DNA of 64,000 nt, from contig JAJQGT010000009.1 in NCBI GenBank assembly GCA_021201135.1, forward strand, positions 48,715 through 112,714. The letters run 5' to 3'. The first letter of the stretch is position 1; each line of letters starts with the position of its first letter. The DNA is from Oscillospiraceae bacterium. GTDB lineage: Bacteria; Bacillota; Clostridia; Oscillospirales; Ruminococcaceae. A program made the translations under genes and the position numbers. The notes under the pieces are model-generated. The model was given only the letters and a program-made list of their open reading frames with translations, was not told the origin of the DNA and did not search any database. This document shows positions 34,901-43,420 of this stretch, in pieces.

Positions 34901-37376
34901 CGCCTGTGTTTGCACCGGTAATCTTGACGGTCTGGGCAGAACCTGCTGTGCCGTTTGCAGGCGTGAGAGTAAACTCAGCTACCAAACTGTCAATATCAGT
35001 TCCGCTCAAAGTGTTGCCGCCTGCATCTGCATAGGACTTGGAAACTGTGAGAGTTGCTGTCTGAGCCGCGGTCTTGTCTGCCTTGTTGGTGACGGTGACA
35101 GTGTTATTACTACAACCGCTCACAACGCCGTCGACTATTGTTATTTCAATCTCCGTCGCGTCAGCAGTGAAGCCTGACGGTCCGTTTGTTTCGGTGAGCT
35201 TATAGGTGCCGTTGTAGGCAAGGTCGGAGAACGTTTCCGCGTCTGAGCCGGTGATTGTGAATGTCTCGGAATATGTGTCCGTATTTCCGGTAGATACGAG
35301 AGTGAACGTCGCCTCGTAGCTGTCAAGTCCGGTTGTCAGCGCAGTTCCCTCGGAGTCGGTGTAGACCTTGGAAACTGTGAGAGTTGAAGTCTTATAGGTA
35401 TTAGTGATAGTATAACCATTATCGGAATCACCGGTGATTTCGCTAGCATAGCCACTGACGGTAACCTCTTTGACACCGTAAGCTATCGGGTCGCCGTTTT
35501 CGTCGTTTACGGGAAGGTTCCTGAAGCTGTCTGTCCAGTTGTTGCCGGCGTTCAACGTGATTGTCTGGGTGGAATCGGAACCGTTCTTGGTAAGAACCAC
35601 GGTAATTTCACTCGGACGGGCGCTGAGATTATTGTCGTCACCGACCCAAGCCTTGGTAACTTTGACTTCGGTTCTGCAAATTTCGTGGGTGTTGGTGATT
35701 TCGAAACCGTTGACTCTTCCTGTGTACCCGCTCGGTGCAGTCGAAACGCCATTTGCATCAACTTCGGCGACTGTGTAATCGATTTCAAAGCCGTTATCGT
35801 TCTTCGGGAGATTATCCCAAGTGTATTCCCAACCGTTTGCCTCGGTGACACTGACGGTATCAACTATCGTGCCGTCTGCAAGAAGGCTTACCGTTACTTC
35901 CGTCGGGCGGAGCTTGTCGCGGTCGCTGTCGTCCTCCCACTTCTTGGTGACGGTGACGCTGGTGGTCTGCGGCTGAGTGGTGTCAACATCGTCCTCGACG
36001 GTTATGGTCTTCGTACTGCTGCCGTCAATCTTGCCGTCGGCAACCGCGAAGGTGACAGGGTCAGCAACCTTATAGCCACTCGGGGCGACCGTTTCGGTCA
36101 GTGTGTAGCTTCCGTCCGGCAAGCCATAGAATTCTATGGCGGTGTCCGTGGTGGTGAAGCTCAGGCTGTAGTTATCGGAGCTCAGGGTAAAGGCTTGGTT
36201 GGCGGTTACGCTTTCAAGAGAAGTGTTCGCCTTAAGGGTGAATGTCGCTCCGGGAAGCTGTGTCGACCCGCCGGTGGCGTACTTGTTGATGGTGAGGGTA
36301 ACGGAGGGAGTGTTAGTGATTCGGACAGATGCGCTGTAGTAGTTGGTAGGTGTAACGTCTTCCTTGATATAGCTTCCGGAAGTGTTCGTTGTGGCGATAA
36401 CCGTACCGGACGAGTCAACCGTCAATGTAGCCTCATCGGTACCGCTCGTAACGTAATAGGTTCCGGCAGTGAGTCCCACTACATTTACCCACCAGTATGG
36501 GTCATCCTTCTGACCCGCAAAGGAACCGGCATAGGTTACCGTGGCTTCGTTTGAGCTGTTCACGGTAACAATGATGTTATAATCACTTTCGAAATTCTCT
36601 GCGGAAAGCGAGCCGTCGGTCGTTGTGATAGTCAGCACTGCACCCTCGGCGGCTTTGATTTTTACCTTCGGAGTGACCGTTATGTCGGTGGTGCCGCCTT
36701 TGAACACGGTAATCGGAATACCGTTGATGTTATCTATCGTCAATGCGCTTGCGCTCTGAAGATAGACATAGTGAATATCCTGGTCCGCCGTGTAACCGTC
36801 GGGCGTGCCTGTTTCTTTGATTTCGTATATTACGTCGTAGTTGATAATGACGGTGTTATTTCCTTTGTCTACCGTCAGTTGCTGATACGACGAACTGCGC
36901 GCAGTTCCGTCCTCATTTACGGGAGTTACGGTGAAGGTCGCACCATAGATGGGCGCCAAGCTTATGGAATCCAGCTTGTCAATAGAAAGTGTAACCTGCC
37001 TTCCCGTGATTTCGGAGGTCAGCTTGTAGGATACGGTATAGGATTTTTCACTCGAATCTATAGCCACGCTGTCTGAGCCGCTTATCGTGACGGTATTGTC
37101 AAGCTCACCGCTTGTATAAGCACCGTTGTCAAACAGGATTTCACAATAGTATATGATAGTGATAGGTGTCGAATCCGGAATCGTAAATGTGATTATATGC
37201 GTGTCGTAATCATAGCTTACGGTGTAATCGGAGCCGCGTTCGAGAAGCTCATAGCAATAAAACGAGTTATATGCGTCTATTATGATGTTATCGGCTTTAA
37301 GCACCATGACGTTTGACGGATTGTTTATAGTTGTGCTGTAGCGATTATAAAGATTATTGGCATCGTAGCCTGACAC
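31989..37376 (-). CDS. Giant Cna-B-repeat (collagen-adhesin-like) surface protein with NPKTG sorting signal. Apparently 5'-truncated (no signal peptide, no RBS); possible pseudogene.
   Basis: 1795 codons. More than 10 Cna-B-type repeats (VTKxWxDxxNxDGxRP...) and the SpaA-like YTLTETVAPSGY. C-terminus is NPKTG, a hydrophobic segment, then KRR. The frame stays open upstream of the first GTG and runs into the 3' end of the MmeI-like gene. Confidence 0.8.
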   Translation of the reverse strand: MSGYDANNLYNRYSTTINNPSNVMVLKADNIIIDAYNSFYCYELLERGSDYTVSYDYDTHIITFTIPDSTPITIIYYCEILFDNGAYTSGELDNTVTISGSDSVAIDSSEKSYTVSYKLTSEITGRQVTLSIDKLDSISLAPIYGATFTVTPVNEDGTARSSSYQQLTVDKGNNTVIINYDVIYEIKETGTPDGYTADQDIHYVYLQSASALTIDNINGIPITVFKGGTTDITVTPKVKIKAAEGAVLTITTTDGSLSAENFESDYNIIVTVNSSNEATVTYAGSFAGQKDDPYWWVNVVGLTAGTYYVTSGTDEATLTVDSSGTVIATTNTSGSYIKEDVTPTNYYSASVRITNTPSVTLTINKYATGGSTQLPGATFTLKANTSLESVTANQAFTLSSDNYSLSFTTTDTAIEFYGLPDGSYTLTETVAPSGYKVADPVTFAVADGKIDGSSTKTITVEDDVDTTQPQTTSVTVTKKWEDDSDRDKLRPTEVTVSLLADGTIVDTVSVTEANGWEYTWDNLPKNDNGFEIDYTVAEVDANGVSTAPSGYTGRVNGFEITNTHEICRTEVKVTKAWVGDDNNLSARPSEITVVLTKNGSDSTQTITLNAGNNWTDSFRNLPVNDENGDPIAYGVKEVTVSGYASEITGDSDNGYTITNTYKTSTLTVSKVYTDSEGTALTTGLDSYEATFTLVSTGNTDTYSETFTITGSDAETFSDLAYNGTYKLTETNGPSGFTADATEIEITIVDGVVSGCSNNTVTVTNKADKTAAQTATLTVSKSYADAGGNTLSGTDIDSLVAEFTLTPANGTAGSAQTVKITGANTGEFTGLEYNGTYTLSETDVPDGYTAASDVTITIVDGVVNGNSSNTVSVTNVAKTSITVYKVWDDGGNRDKTRTSITINLLAGGSKIASVDLTDANETADNTWSYTFTNLDVYDTNGNKIVYTVEEEGVSSIYTSSGEGNSSNNYTIINSYSFKTTEVKVTKAWVSDDNNLSARPSEITVVLTKNGSDSTQAITLNAGNNWTGSFKSLPVNDENGDPIAYGVKEVTVNSYRSDITGDADNGYTITNTYEPPLVTISVSGAKTWVDGGLTHDNATEITLTLYRTTADNPTDSDWDKVSATVSWSGNTYTYSNLDKYDLSTGKTYTYKVEETEVSGYTSTPEQTSTGYDFTNTIKQDEVVITGAKTWVDPTGTTHPDITIELYQDGTKIDDVTLSNGTTTYEFTGLDKYDLTDGHAYVYTVKEAEVSGYTSEQSGNNFTNTIAQVTISVSGTKTWVDPAGTTHPDITIELYRDGAYLMSTTLSDGTTTYEFTGLDKYDLTDGHAYEYIVEEAAVSGYTSEQSGYDFTNTIAQDTISVSGTKTWVDPTGTTHPDITIELYRDGTKIDDVTLSDGTTTYEFTGLDKYDLTDGHAYVYTVKEATVSGYTSKQDVYNFTNTQITTEVTVNKVWDDEDNRDGLREDYTVTLYKTVNGVETEVDSQTLPANTLTYTWKELPTYETVNGTQYEVSYTVEETGVPSGYTASDPIGDAATGFEITNSHTPYKTEVSVTKVWSDAGDYDGVRPDSITVTLTGSDGNTYTAELTKDNNWEYTFTDLPVYWNEGAEIEYTLEEVKVDGYTSAITGDAENGFTVTNSHTPHVEPSQVYTGIEVTKVWNDDNNADGLRPASITVALYRDGVATGRTITLSEANNWTASFTHLPVYCGTAAYNYTVVELDVPAEYTATVTGGNGSFTITNTYMPVVEIEEPVEATNTDEEEDGKATEASETESNPKTGIALSILPMVIAALAVASAKRR
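33062..33853 (-). repeat. Three tandem 264-bp (88-aa) coding repeats within the adhesin
   Basis: The units ...TKTWVDPxGTTHPDITIELYxDG...YEFTGLDKYDLTDGHAYxYxVxEAxVSGYTSxQ...FTNT occur three times consecutively. A fourth, more diverged unit lies upstream. Confidence 0.85.
34171..34443 (-). repeat. Dispersed intragenic repeat, copy 1 (273 bp)
   Basis: Hand alignment with 35401-35673 shows 23 mismatches in 273 nt. Both copies encode TEVKVTKAWVxDDNNLSARPSEITVVLTKNGSDSTQ... Confidence 0.85.
35401..35673 (-). repeat. Dispersed intragenic repeat, copy 2 (273 bp)
   Basis: See copy 1. The offset between copies is 1230 bp, which preserves the frame. Confidence 0.85.
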
Positions 37377-37462
37377 ATAGGTGTAAGAGGATATCTGTGC
37401 ACCGTTCTCAACGGCACTTGCGCTCCAGAGAGCAAGACCTGAACCGAGCTCATCCGTTACAG

Positions 37463-40336
37463 TCAGAGGGTTGCCGTTGTTAAGAGTCTCCCCGTCATCT
37501 CCCGATACATCTTCATCAGCATCGCCACAATCTCCGCCTCCGGCATATCCTTCGGAATCCCATAAGCCGCCGCCACCGCCGCATCATTAGCCTGATGCGC
37601 CTTAACGAGCTCTGGATAAAGATACATATGCTCGCCATACATATCAGCAAGGCTTGCCTCTGGATACTTTGCACGAGCATCGAGAATAGCTTGAGCCGTC
37701 TTTTCGATTTTCGCCTTTTGCTCATCAGTAGGGCTACACCATGGGAAATTGTTGTAGACGACATTGATAGAATAGCAATATCTCATTTCAAGTCTTCCAC
37801 AGACAGCTCTTGTCCAAGCCATATGCACGCTTGAAGTTAAAACGCCAAAATGATACAAGGTTGCATTTTGACTGATTTTAACACGATTACTGCATAGAAC
37901 ATCTGGAGTCATAAAGCCCATTGGAATATATAATCGCTTTTCTGAAGTGATTTCCGGTATAACTATATAGCTATCAGTTGGAAAATTCTCAACGTGAAAC
38001 TTTGTAGGAAAGTTTGCAATTTTTCTTGTACCTTCACTTTTACTCGAAAGGCGATATTGGCGCACAGAATCAACACGCTTTAGGCACTCTGACATACTCA
38101 TTAACTCGCTTGGTGGGCAATGCTTTAGCCATAAACAATAGCGCGGTTTACTGTTTAGAAATTCGTCTGCTCCATACCATAGCTTAAAATACTTTTCTGC
38201 CTTCGGCTCTACCTTGAGAAATTCGTCTTTTTCTTCCTCAGTAAACAGATAAAATCCATTGTCAATCGGCTTATTACCGATTCCAAATCTAGGAACATCA
38301 CAAATTGGCTTGCTTCGGCTTTCGACGAAGACATTATCGGCATCGATAAGATAGCCGTTGATATTTTTGACTTCTTGCACTTCGCCGTTTTCGTAAATTC
38401 TTTTTGGCTTACTGCTAAATGCATAGCTAAATCCTACTATAACGCAATGGACATGAGCTTTCATGCTGGCTTCGCTGTCCCAACGGAAAGTTCTGTGGGC
38501 AAAGTCTATGTGCACACCATCTTCATATAGTGGTTTCCATAGGTTTGCCACACTTTCGCCCTGACAAATCGAGTTTGTCGAAACTAGTGCGGCTATTGTG
38601 TTTGTGCCTTTGATAAGGTCTGCACACTTTTTGTACCACCCAGAAACATAGTCAAGATTACCGACATTCTTCCATTCCTTGCCGAAGACAGATAAAAGGT
38701 CATCCTTTTGCTCTTTCGACATCATTCTCGCACCCACAAATGGTGGATTTCCCATTATGAAGTCTACATTACGGTCGTCGTGTTCTTTGATAACATCGTT
38801 CCAGTCTAATCGGAGGGCATTTCCTTCTTTGATAAACGCGTTGGTTTTCAGGGGCAGGAAGTCGAGGGATTGGTTGATTATTTTTTCAGTTTCGCGCATC
38901 ATCTGGCTTTCGGCTATCCATAGGGCGGTTTTGGCGACGGAGACGGCGAAGTCGTTGATTTCGATGCCGTAGAACTGCCCGATGGAGACCTTGATGAGCT
39001 CTTCTTCGGAGACGCCGCCGAAGACAATCTGATTCTCTATCTGCTTCTTGCGGAGACTGATGAGCTCGGCGATGACCTTGTTCTCAAGCTTTCGGAGCGA
39101 GACATAGGTCTCGGTCAGGAAGTTGCCCGAGCCACAGGCGGGGTCGAGAAACTTGAGACTTGCAAGCTTGTTCTGATAGTTTGTGAGCTTCTGCTTTCTC
39201 TTTTTTAGGTCCTGCTCCACCATGATTCCGTCAAGCTCAGCTTTCAGGTCGTCGAGGAAAAGCGGGTCGATGACCTTGTGGATGTTTTCGGGCATGGTAT
39301 AGTGCATGCCGCCGTTGCGACGGGTTTCGGGGTTCAGGGTGCTTTCGAAAATCGCACCGAAGATGGTCGGGCTTATCTCCGACCAGTCAAAACCAGAGCT
39401 CGCATCGCGCAAAAGAAGATTCCTGATTTCATCGTTGAACGGCGGGATGACGTGCTTCTTTTCGAAAAGACTGCCGTTGACATAGGGAAATTCCGCCAAA
39501 AGCGGCTCGTCATCCTTGAGGAAAGGGTCGCGCTCGTCCATCGGCTGATTCAGGACGTCAAAGAGGTTCTGGAGCGCCTTCCTCGTGTGCTGGGTGTCGA
39601 AGCTACGGAGATACTTGTTGAACTTGAGGTGCTCACCGAAAATGTCGGCGTCCTCGGCATAAAGGCAGAACACGAGACGGACGCAGAGGACGTTCAAGTC
39701 TTGATATGTCCGTTCATTGTGCGGCTCGGGATATTGCTTGAGTAGCGCATCGTAAAGCTCGCCGACAATCTTGCCCGCCGCCTGCGATATTTCAAGCTCA
39801 CGCTCGGTGTTGTCCGCCTCAATGTCAACGAGGAAGTCGAGACGGTGGTATTCTTTTTCAAGGTCTTTGAGCTCAATCACTTCCGGCTCGCCGTACGAGT
39901 CCGCCATGTCATAGACGTGGAAGGTTTGGAAATTGCAGATGACGAGCCAGCGGTTCTTGTCGAAATAGCCGAGGCTGTCGTCGTATCTCTTCGCCTGCTC
40001 AAACGGTGTTTTCAGGGTGCCGTCCGATTGCTTTATCTTCTCGGTGAGGCTTTTATTGATGCTCTTCTGTTCAATCAGGACTTTGGTCTTTGGAATTCTC
40101 GCGTCGATAAAGCTCGTGTGCCCGAGCTGAACTTGCTCCTCGAAGATAACGTATTCCTCGGGGTGCTCCACGCCGTAAACGTCCCGCAAAAGAGAAGTCC
40201 AGAAGGATTGACTTTGCCCCTTCTCATAGCCCTTCCCTTCCCAGAACTCCGCAAACTTCTTTGCATTAACTTTCCTCTGAGTATCCGTCACAATAATCCC
40301 GTCCTTCGCAGTCAGTATAAATACATTATACCCCAA
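37463..40336 (-). CDS. MmeI-family type IIL restriction-modification enzyme (single-chain endonuclease + N6-adenine methyltransferase + target-recognition domain)
   Basis: 957 aa. N-terminal D...EXK nuclease motif (SFIDARIPKTKVLIEQKS), SAM motif I LDPACGSGNFL, motif IV GNPPFVG, and a long C-terminal TRD. Confidence 0.85.
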   Translation of the reverse strand: MGYNVFILTAKDGIIVTDTQRKVNAKKFAEFWEGKGYEKGQSQSFWTSLLRDVYGVEHPEEYVIFEEQVQLGHTSFIDARIPKTKVLIEQKSINKSLTEKIKQSDGTLKTPFEQAKRYDDSLGYFDKNRWLVICNFQTFHVYDMADSYGEPEVIELKDLEKEYHRLDFLVDIEADNTERELEISQAAGKIVGELYDALLKQYPEPHNERTYQDLNVLCVRLVFCLYAEDADIFGEHLKFNKYLRSFDTQHTRKALQNLFDVLNQPMDERDPFLKDDEPLLAEFPYVNGSLFEKKHVIPPFNDEIRNLLLRDASSGFDWSEISPTIFGAIFESTLNPETRRNGGMHYTMPENIHKVIDPLFLDDLKAELDGIMVEQDLKKRKQKLTNYQNKLASLKFLDPACGSGNFLTETYVSLRKLENKVIAELISLRKKQIENQIVFGGVSEEELIKVSIGQFYGIEINDFAVSVAKTALWIAESQMMRETEKIINQSLDFLPLKTNAFIKEGNALRLDWNDVIKEHDDRNVDFIMGNPPFVGARMMSKEQKDDLLSVFGKEWKNVGNLDYVSGWYKKCADLIKGTNTIAALVSTNSICQGESVANLWKPLYEDGVHIDFAHRTFRWDSEASMKAHVHCVIVGFSYAFSSKPKRIYENGEVQEVKNINGYLIDADNVFVESRSKPICDVPRFGIGNKPIDNGFYLFTEEEKDEFLKVEPKAEKYFKLWYGADEFLNSKPRYCLWLKHCPPSELMSMSECLKRVDSVRQYRLSSKSEGTRKIANFPTKFHVENFPTDSYIVIPEITSEKRLYIPMGFMTPDVLCSNRVKISQNATLYHFGVLTSSVHMAWTRAVCGRLEMRYCYSINVVYNNFPWCSPTDEQKAKIEKTAQAILDARAKYPEASLADMYGEHMYLYPELVKAHQANDAAVAAAYGIPKDMPEAEIVAMLMKMYREMTGRLLTTATL

Positions 40337-40390
40337 GGCAAAATTTTGTCAAGCTTGGCATAACATAAAAAGAAGACGCCAAAAGGCGCT

Positions 40391-41241
40391 TTAGAAATGC
40401 GAAGAAGCCCAGAACAAAGTTCGGGGCTTCTTCAGCAGAAAACAAGTCTCTGACTTGTTTTCTGTTGGTGCAGTTTTCCAATCCAAATCCGAACCGTTTC
40501 CATACTTATTTAGGACATCCTTCACATCATCAAACGCAATCGTCTTTGTACCATCCTTGAAGTTGAACGTCAGAAGCATTTTGTCGTCGTACAGGTAAAT
40601 CGCATTGACAAACGTGTCTATCAGCATCTTGCGGTGGGGCTTCTGACTCACGTCAAGCTTGCGGAAGCGATGAAGCCAAAAAATCATGAACTCCTTACTT
40701 ATCTTTGGCTTTGAAATCTTCTCGTTCGCAATCTTAATCTCTAAATCCTATTTTGCCGCCTCTAATTCTTCAAGCCGTGACTTTGTGGATTTTGTAAGTT
40801 TGCCCTGTTGGATAGCGTTTAAGATGTTCTGAATTGCGGTTTCTGTTTCTCTGAGTTGTTGCTCATAAAGTGGGAGGTTGACGTTCTCCCTGTCCTGTAA
40901 GTCCATGAGCATGGAAACGATAGCTTCAATCGCTGCATCATCCATAACCATCTTCATGGTTGCTTCAACAACTAAATCCTCAATTCACATCTTTCTGACA
41001 GGTTTCTTGTGGCACTCTTTACGTTTTTTCTTCACGGAAGAACACTTATAATAGTGATGAACAGCTCCCGTTCGGCTTGTCCCGCTTTCTCCACAGAGTT
41101 ATGAATATTTCTCGCACCTCACTCATTAAGTATATCTTTGGTTTCAGTCATAGTCGAGCCTTCGTCATAGAGCTTGAAAGCTTCCAGCACGAACGGTGCT
41201 GTTATAGGGTCAACCTGAAAATACTGCTCACTGTCAATCAT
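40391..41241 (-). pseudogene. Degraded large serine recombinase (catalytic resolvase domain missing; recombinase, zinc-ribbon, coiled-coil and C-terminal parts lie in different frames)
   Basis: The fragments are: MIDSEQYFQVDPITAPFVLEAFKLYDEGST...; YYKCSSVKKKRKECHKKPV (zinc ribbon); the ORF at 40748-40957 (NILNAIQQGKLTKSTKSRLEELEAAK); and the ORF at 40391-40687 (IDTFVNAIYLYDDKMLLTFNFKDG). Stops and frame changes separate them. Confidence 0.75.
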
Positions 41242-41347
41242 GTACCCAAATATAACCAGAAAGGATTACCGTTTATTGAACCGACGCAAGAAGCTGATTA
41301 ACAACTCCGTCATGAGCGGAAGATGGAGAGAAGTAAGAGCCAACTTA

Positions 41348-42121
41348 TCACAGTGCAGAGTAATCCAGAAACAGATAGCGGGTGTCCTGAATATTATCAA
41401 TATATTCGTTGCCATGGCGAGTGCCGGTGTAGACCAAATCCCCGTTTCGATAGACACAAAGCGTGGTAAAAGGCATCGGCTCCCAGTTGTGTTTACTCAA
41501 CGGCACCGTAGCAAACAGCGTGCCGCCCTGCGTATTCAGGTAATAAAGCGAATTTGCGTAATTTGTGTGGGCATACATATACTCGCTGTCGCTGAGAAGA
41601 AAATTCATTTTGTTGCCCGGCGTCATCCGGCAGACAAGGTTATCTATCAAAGAAAACCTCTCCGTTGCTGTCAGCTCCCGCCCAGCATCAGTAATCGCCT
41701 TATTGATATTATCCACAAAGCAATAAAGAACCCGCTCCGAGTCCGTTGCGCCCTCCTGCACATGATAATATCCGTCCAGCATCGGGCAGTCAAACATGGT
41801 TCCGTTGTGTGCAAATGTCCAGCAACGGTGGCTTAAGTCCCTCAGCACAAAAGGATGGCAGTTTTCATAATCCATTGTGCCGACGGTCGCTTTTCGGATA
41901 TGAGCAATCATGGCGCAGGTTTCGACTTTGTGTGACAGCCGGTGCCTGAGGTATTCACTGTCTGTCGCAGTAACCGGTTCCTTTTCGAGTGAAGTCGAAT
42001 TCCCATAAAAGGTCGCAAGCCCCCACCCGTTCGGATGGCGCACACTGTGCGAGAAGAATTCCCTGAGCAGGTCAGTCACATCAATATGTGTTGCGGCACT
42101 CACACCGAACAGTTCACACAT
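41348..42121 (-). CDS. Class II (Ntn) glutamine amidotransferase-like hydrolase (YafJ/EgtC-like)
   Basis: N-terminal MCELFG (nucleophile Cys2), HPNGWG, AHIRKAT...NCHPF. Its ATG overlaps the stop of the upstream gene by 8 nt. Confidence 0.75.
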   Translation of the reverse strand: MCELFGVSAATHIDVTDLLREFFSHSVRHPNGWGLATFYGNSTSLEKEPVTATDSEYLRHRLSHKVETCAMIAHIRKATVGTMDYENCHPFVLRDLSHRCWTFAHNGTMFDCPMLDGYYHVQEGATDSERVLYCFVDNINKAITDAGRELTATERFSLIDNLVCRMTPGNKMNFLLSDSEYMYAHTNYANSLYYLNTQGGTLFATVPLSKHNWEPMPFTTLCVYRNGDLVYTGTRHGNEYIDNIQDTRYLFLDYSAL

Positions 42122-43394
42122 AAAAAGACTCCTCCCTTCGCCTTTTTGCGAGCTCAAGACCTTTCTTTGCAAACCCGCCGGAAAATTCTTTACAGATTTT
42201 CCATGCGTAGCGATTCTCGGTATCTATAAATTTTGCTTCCTCAAAGTCCAGAATTTCGAGTACTTCAGACGGATAATCGCAGTAAAAATCTCTCATAAAG
42301 CCTATAAGATTTCGTGCGGCATGAGCTACGGAGAAAAATTCACCCGCAGGAGTTACAAGATTGACAGTTTTCAGGTCGTAGTGCGCCGCGTTTTTGAAAT
42401 TCTGCACCGCCTGTATCTGATCCTTTTCGGAAAGGTCTTGATCAGGAGAGGCGGCAAGCCAACCAAGCAGTAGTTCGGCAAATGCAACATCCTTTTCCTC
42501 GACGCCGGCATAAACCAGAGGATTGAGGTCAAACATACGAAGCTCAATGTGATCAACTCCATTTGCTTCAAGAGTATCAAGCCGGTTCAGTCCTGCCGGC
42601 TTAAGGCGAACGGGATAATAGAGCTCTGTCGGAGCCATCAGCCAGCCGTCTCTGACGTATCTACGGATGCTTTCTGTATAGGAAGTGATATTCGAATAAT
42701 CGAAAATTGGCACAAAAGCATTCCAGTACCCAAGTTCACTGCATCGAACTGAGGCGAGACCCTGAAAGACGTCGCCGTCAAATACGTTCTTTTCCACATA
42801 TGAGCTATCGAGCAAGGGGCTTGCCGCCGTTATCGACACTAAAATCCAACCGTATGCCACAACTCTACGGGCTAACATCAGATAAAGATCGTTTTTATAT
42901 TCTGTAAAGCTTTCAAATCCACTGCGCTGAAAATCCGCCCTCAGAAGCTCTTCGTTAAAAGAGTAATTCACATGAATGCCGGATAATGCCATCTTATACC
43001 GCCCATATCTGTGTGACAGGTAATCCCGATATGAGGTTTTTGAGGATTCCACTCCGCCGAATTGTGCTACCGGAATGTCATCTTCATTTCGGATATACGA
43101 TGGATTGGAGAAAGACCAAAGATACTCCCCGGTCTCAAGCGAAGCCAAGGTTCTGTGAATTTCACGGGTGTATTCCTTAAGGCTCTCAACTGCGGCATGA
43201 TAGCCAACGCAGACGGGTGTATTTATTTCGGTCTGATTTTCACAGAAGTCTCTGACTATATGCTTGTTATCCGGAAAAGGGTGTCTCGTGTGAGCCATGA
43301 ATCCGTTCTCGTCCACCCGCAGACCTTCTTTCTCCAGTCCGAAATTGCCGGAGAGCAATAGCTTGCGTAGTTCCGGCGTATCAATGTGTAGCAT
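42114..43394 (-). CDS. gshA: Glutamate-cysteine ligase (GshA-type, like the N-terminal module of GshF)
   Basis: 426 aa with LSGNFGLEKEGLRVDENG...RDFCENQTEINTP. Confidence 0.75.
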   Translation of the reverse strand: MLHIDTPELRKLLLSGNFGLEKEGLRVDENGFMAHTRHPFPDNKHIVRDFCENQTEINTPVCVGYHAAVESLKEYTREIHRTLASLETGEYLWSFSNPSYIRNEDDIPVAQFGGVESSKTSYRDYLSHRYGRYKMALSGIHVNYSFNEELLRADFQRSGFESFTEYKNDLYLMLARRVVAYGWILVSITAASPLLDSSYVEKNVFDGDVFQGLASVRCSELGYWNAFVPIFDYSNITSYTESIRRYVRDGWLMAPTELYYPVRLKPAGLNRLDTLEANGVDHIELRMFDLNPLVYAGVEEKDVAFAELLLGWLAASPDQDLSEKDQIQAVQNFKNAAHYDLKTVNLVTPAGEFFSVAHAARNLIGFMRDFYCDYPSEVLEILDFEEAKFIDTENRYAWKICKEFSGGFAKKGLELAKRRREESFYV

Positions 43395-43420
43395 TTCGGT
43401 GCCACTCCTTTCATGACTGT

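Noticed and set aside
31926-36554. Several long plus-strand ORFs (31926-32852, 33087-33770, 34098-34685, 35685-36554) opposite the adhesin
   Set aside because: They are antisense shadows of the repetitive Thr/Val/Asp-rich coding sequence. The repeats in them simply mirror the adhesin repeats.
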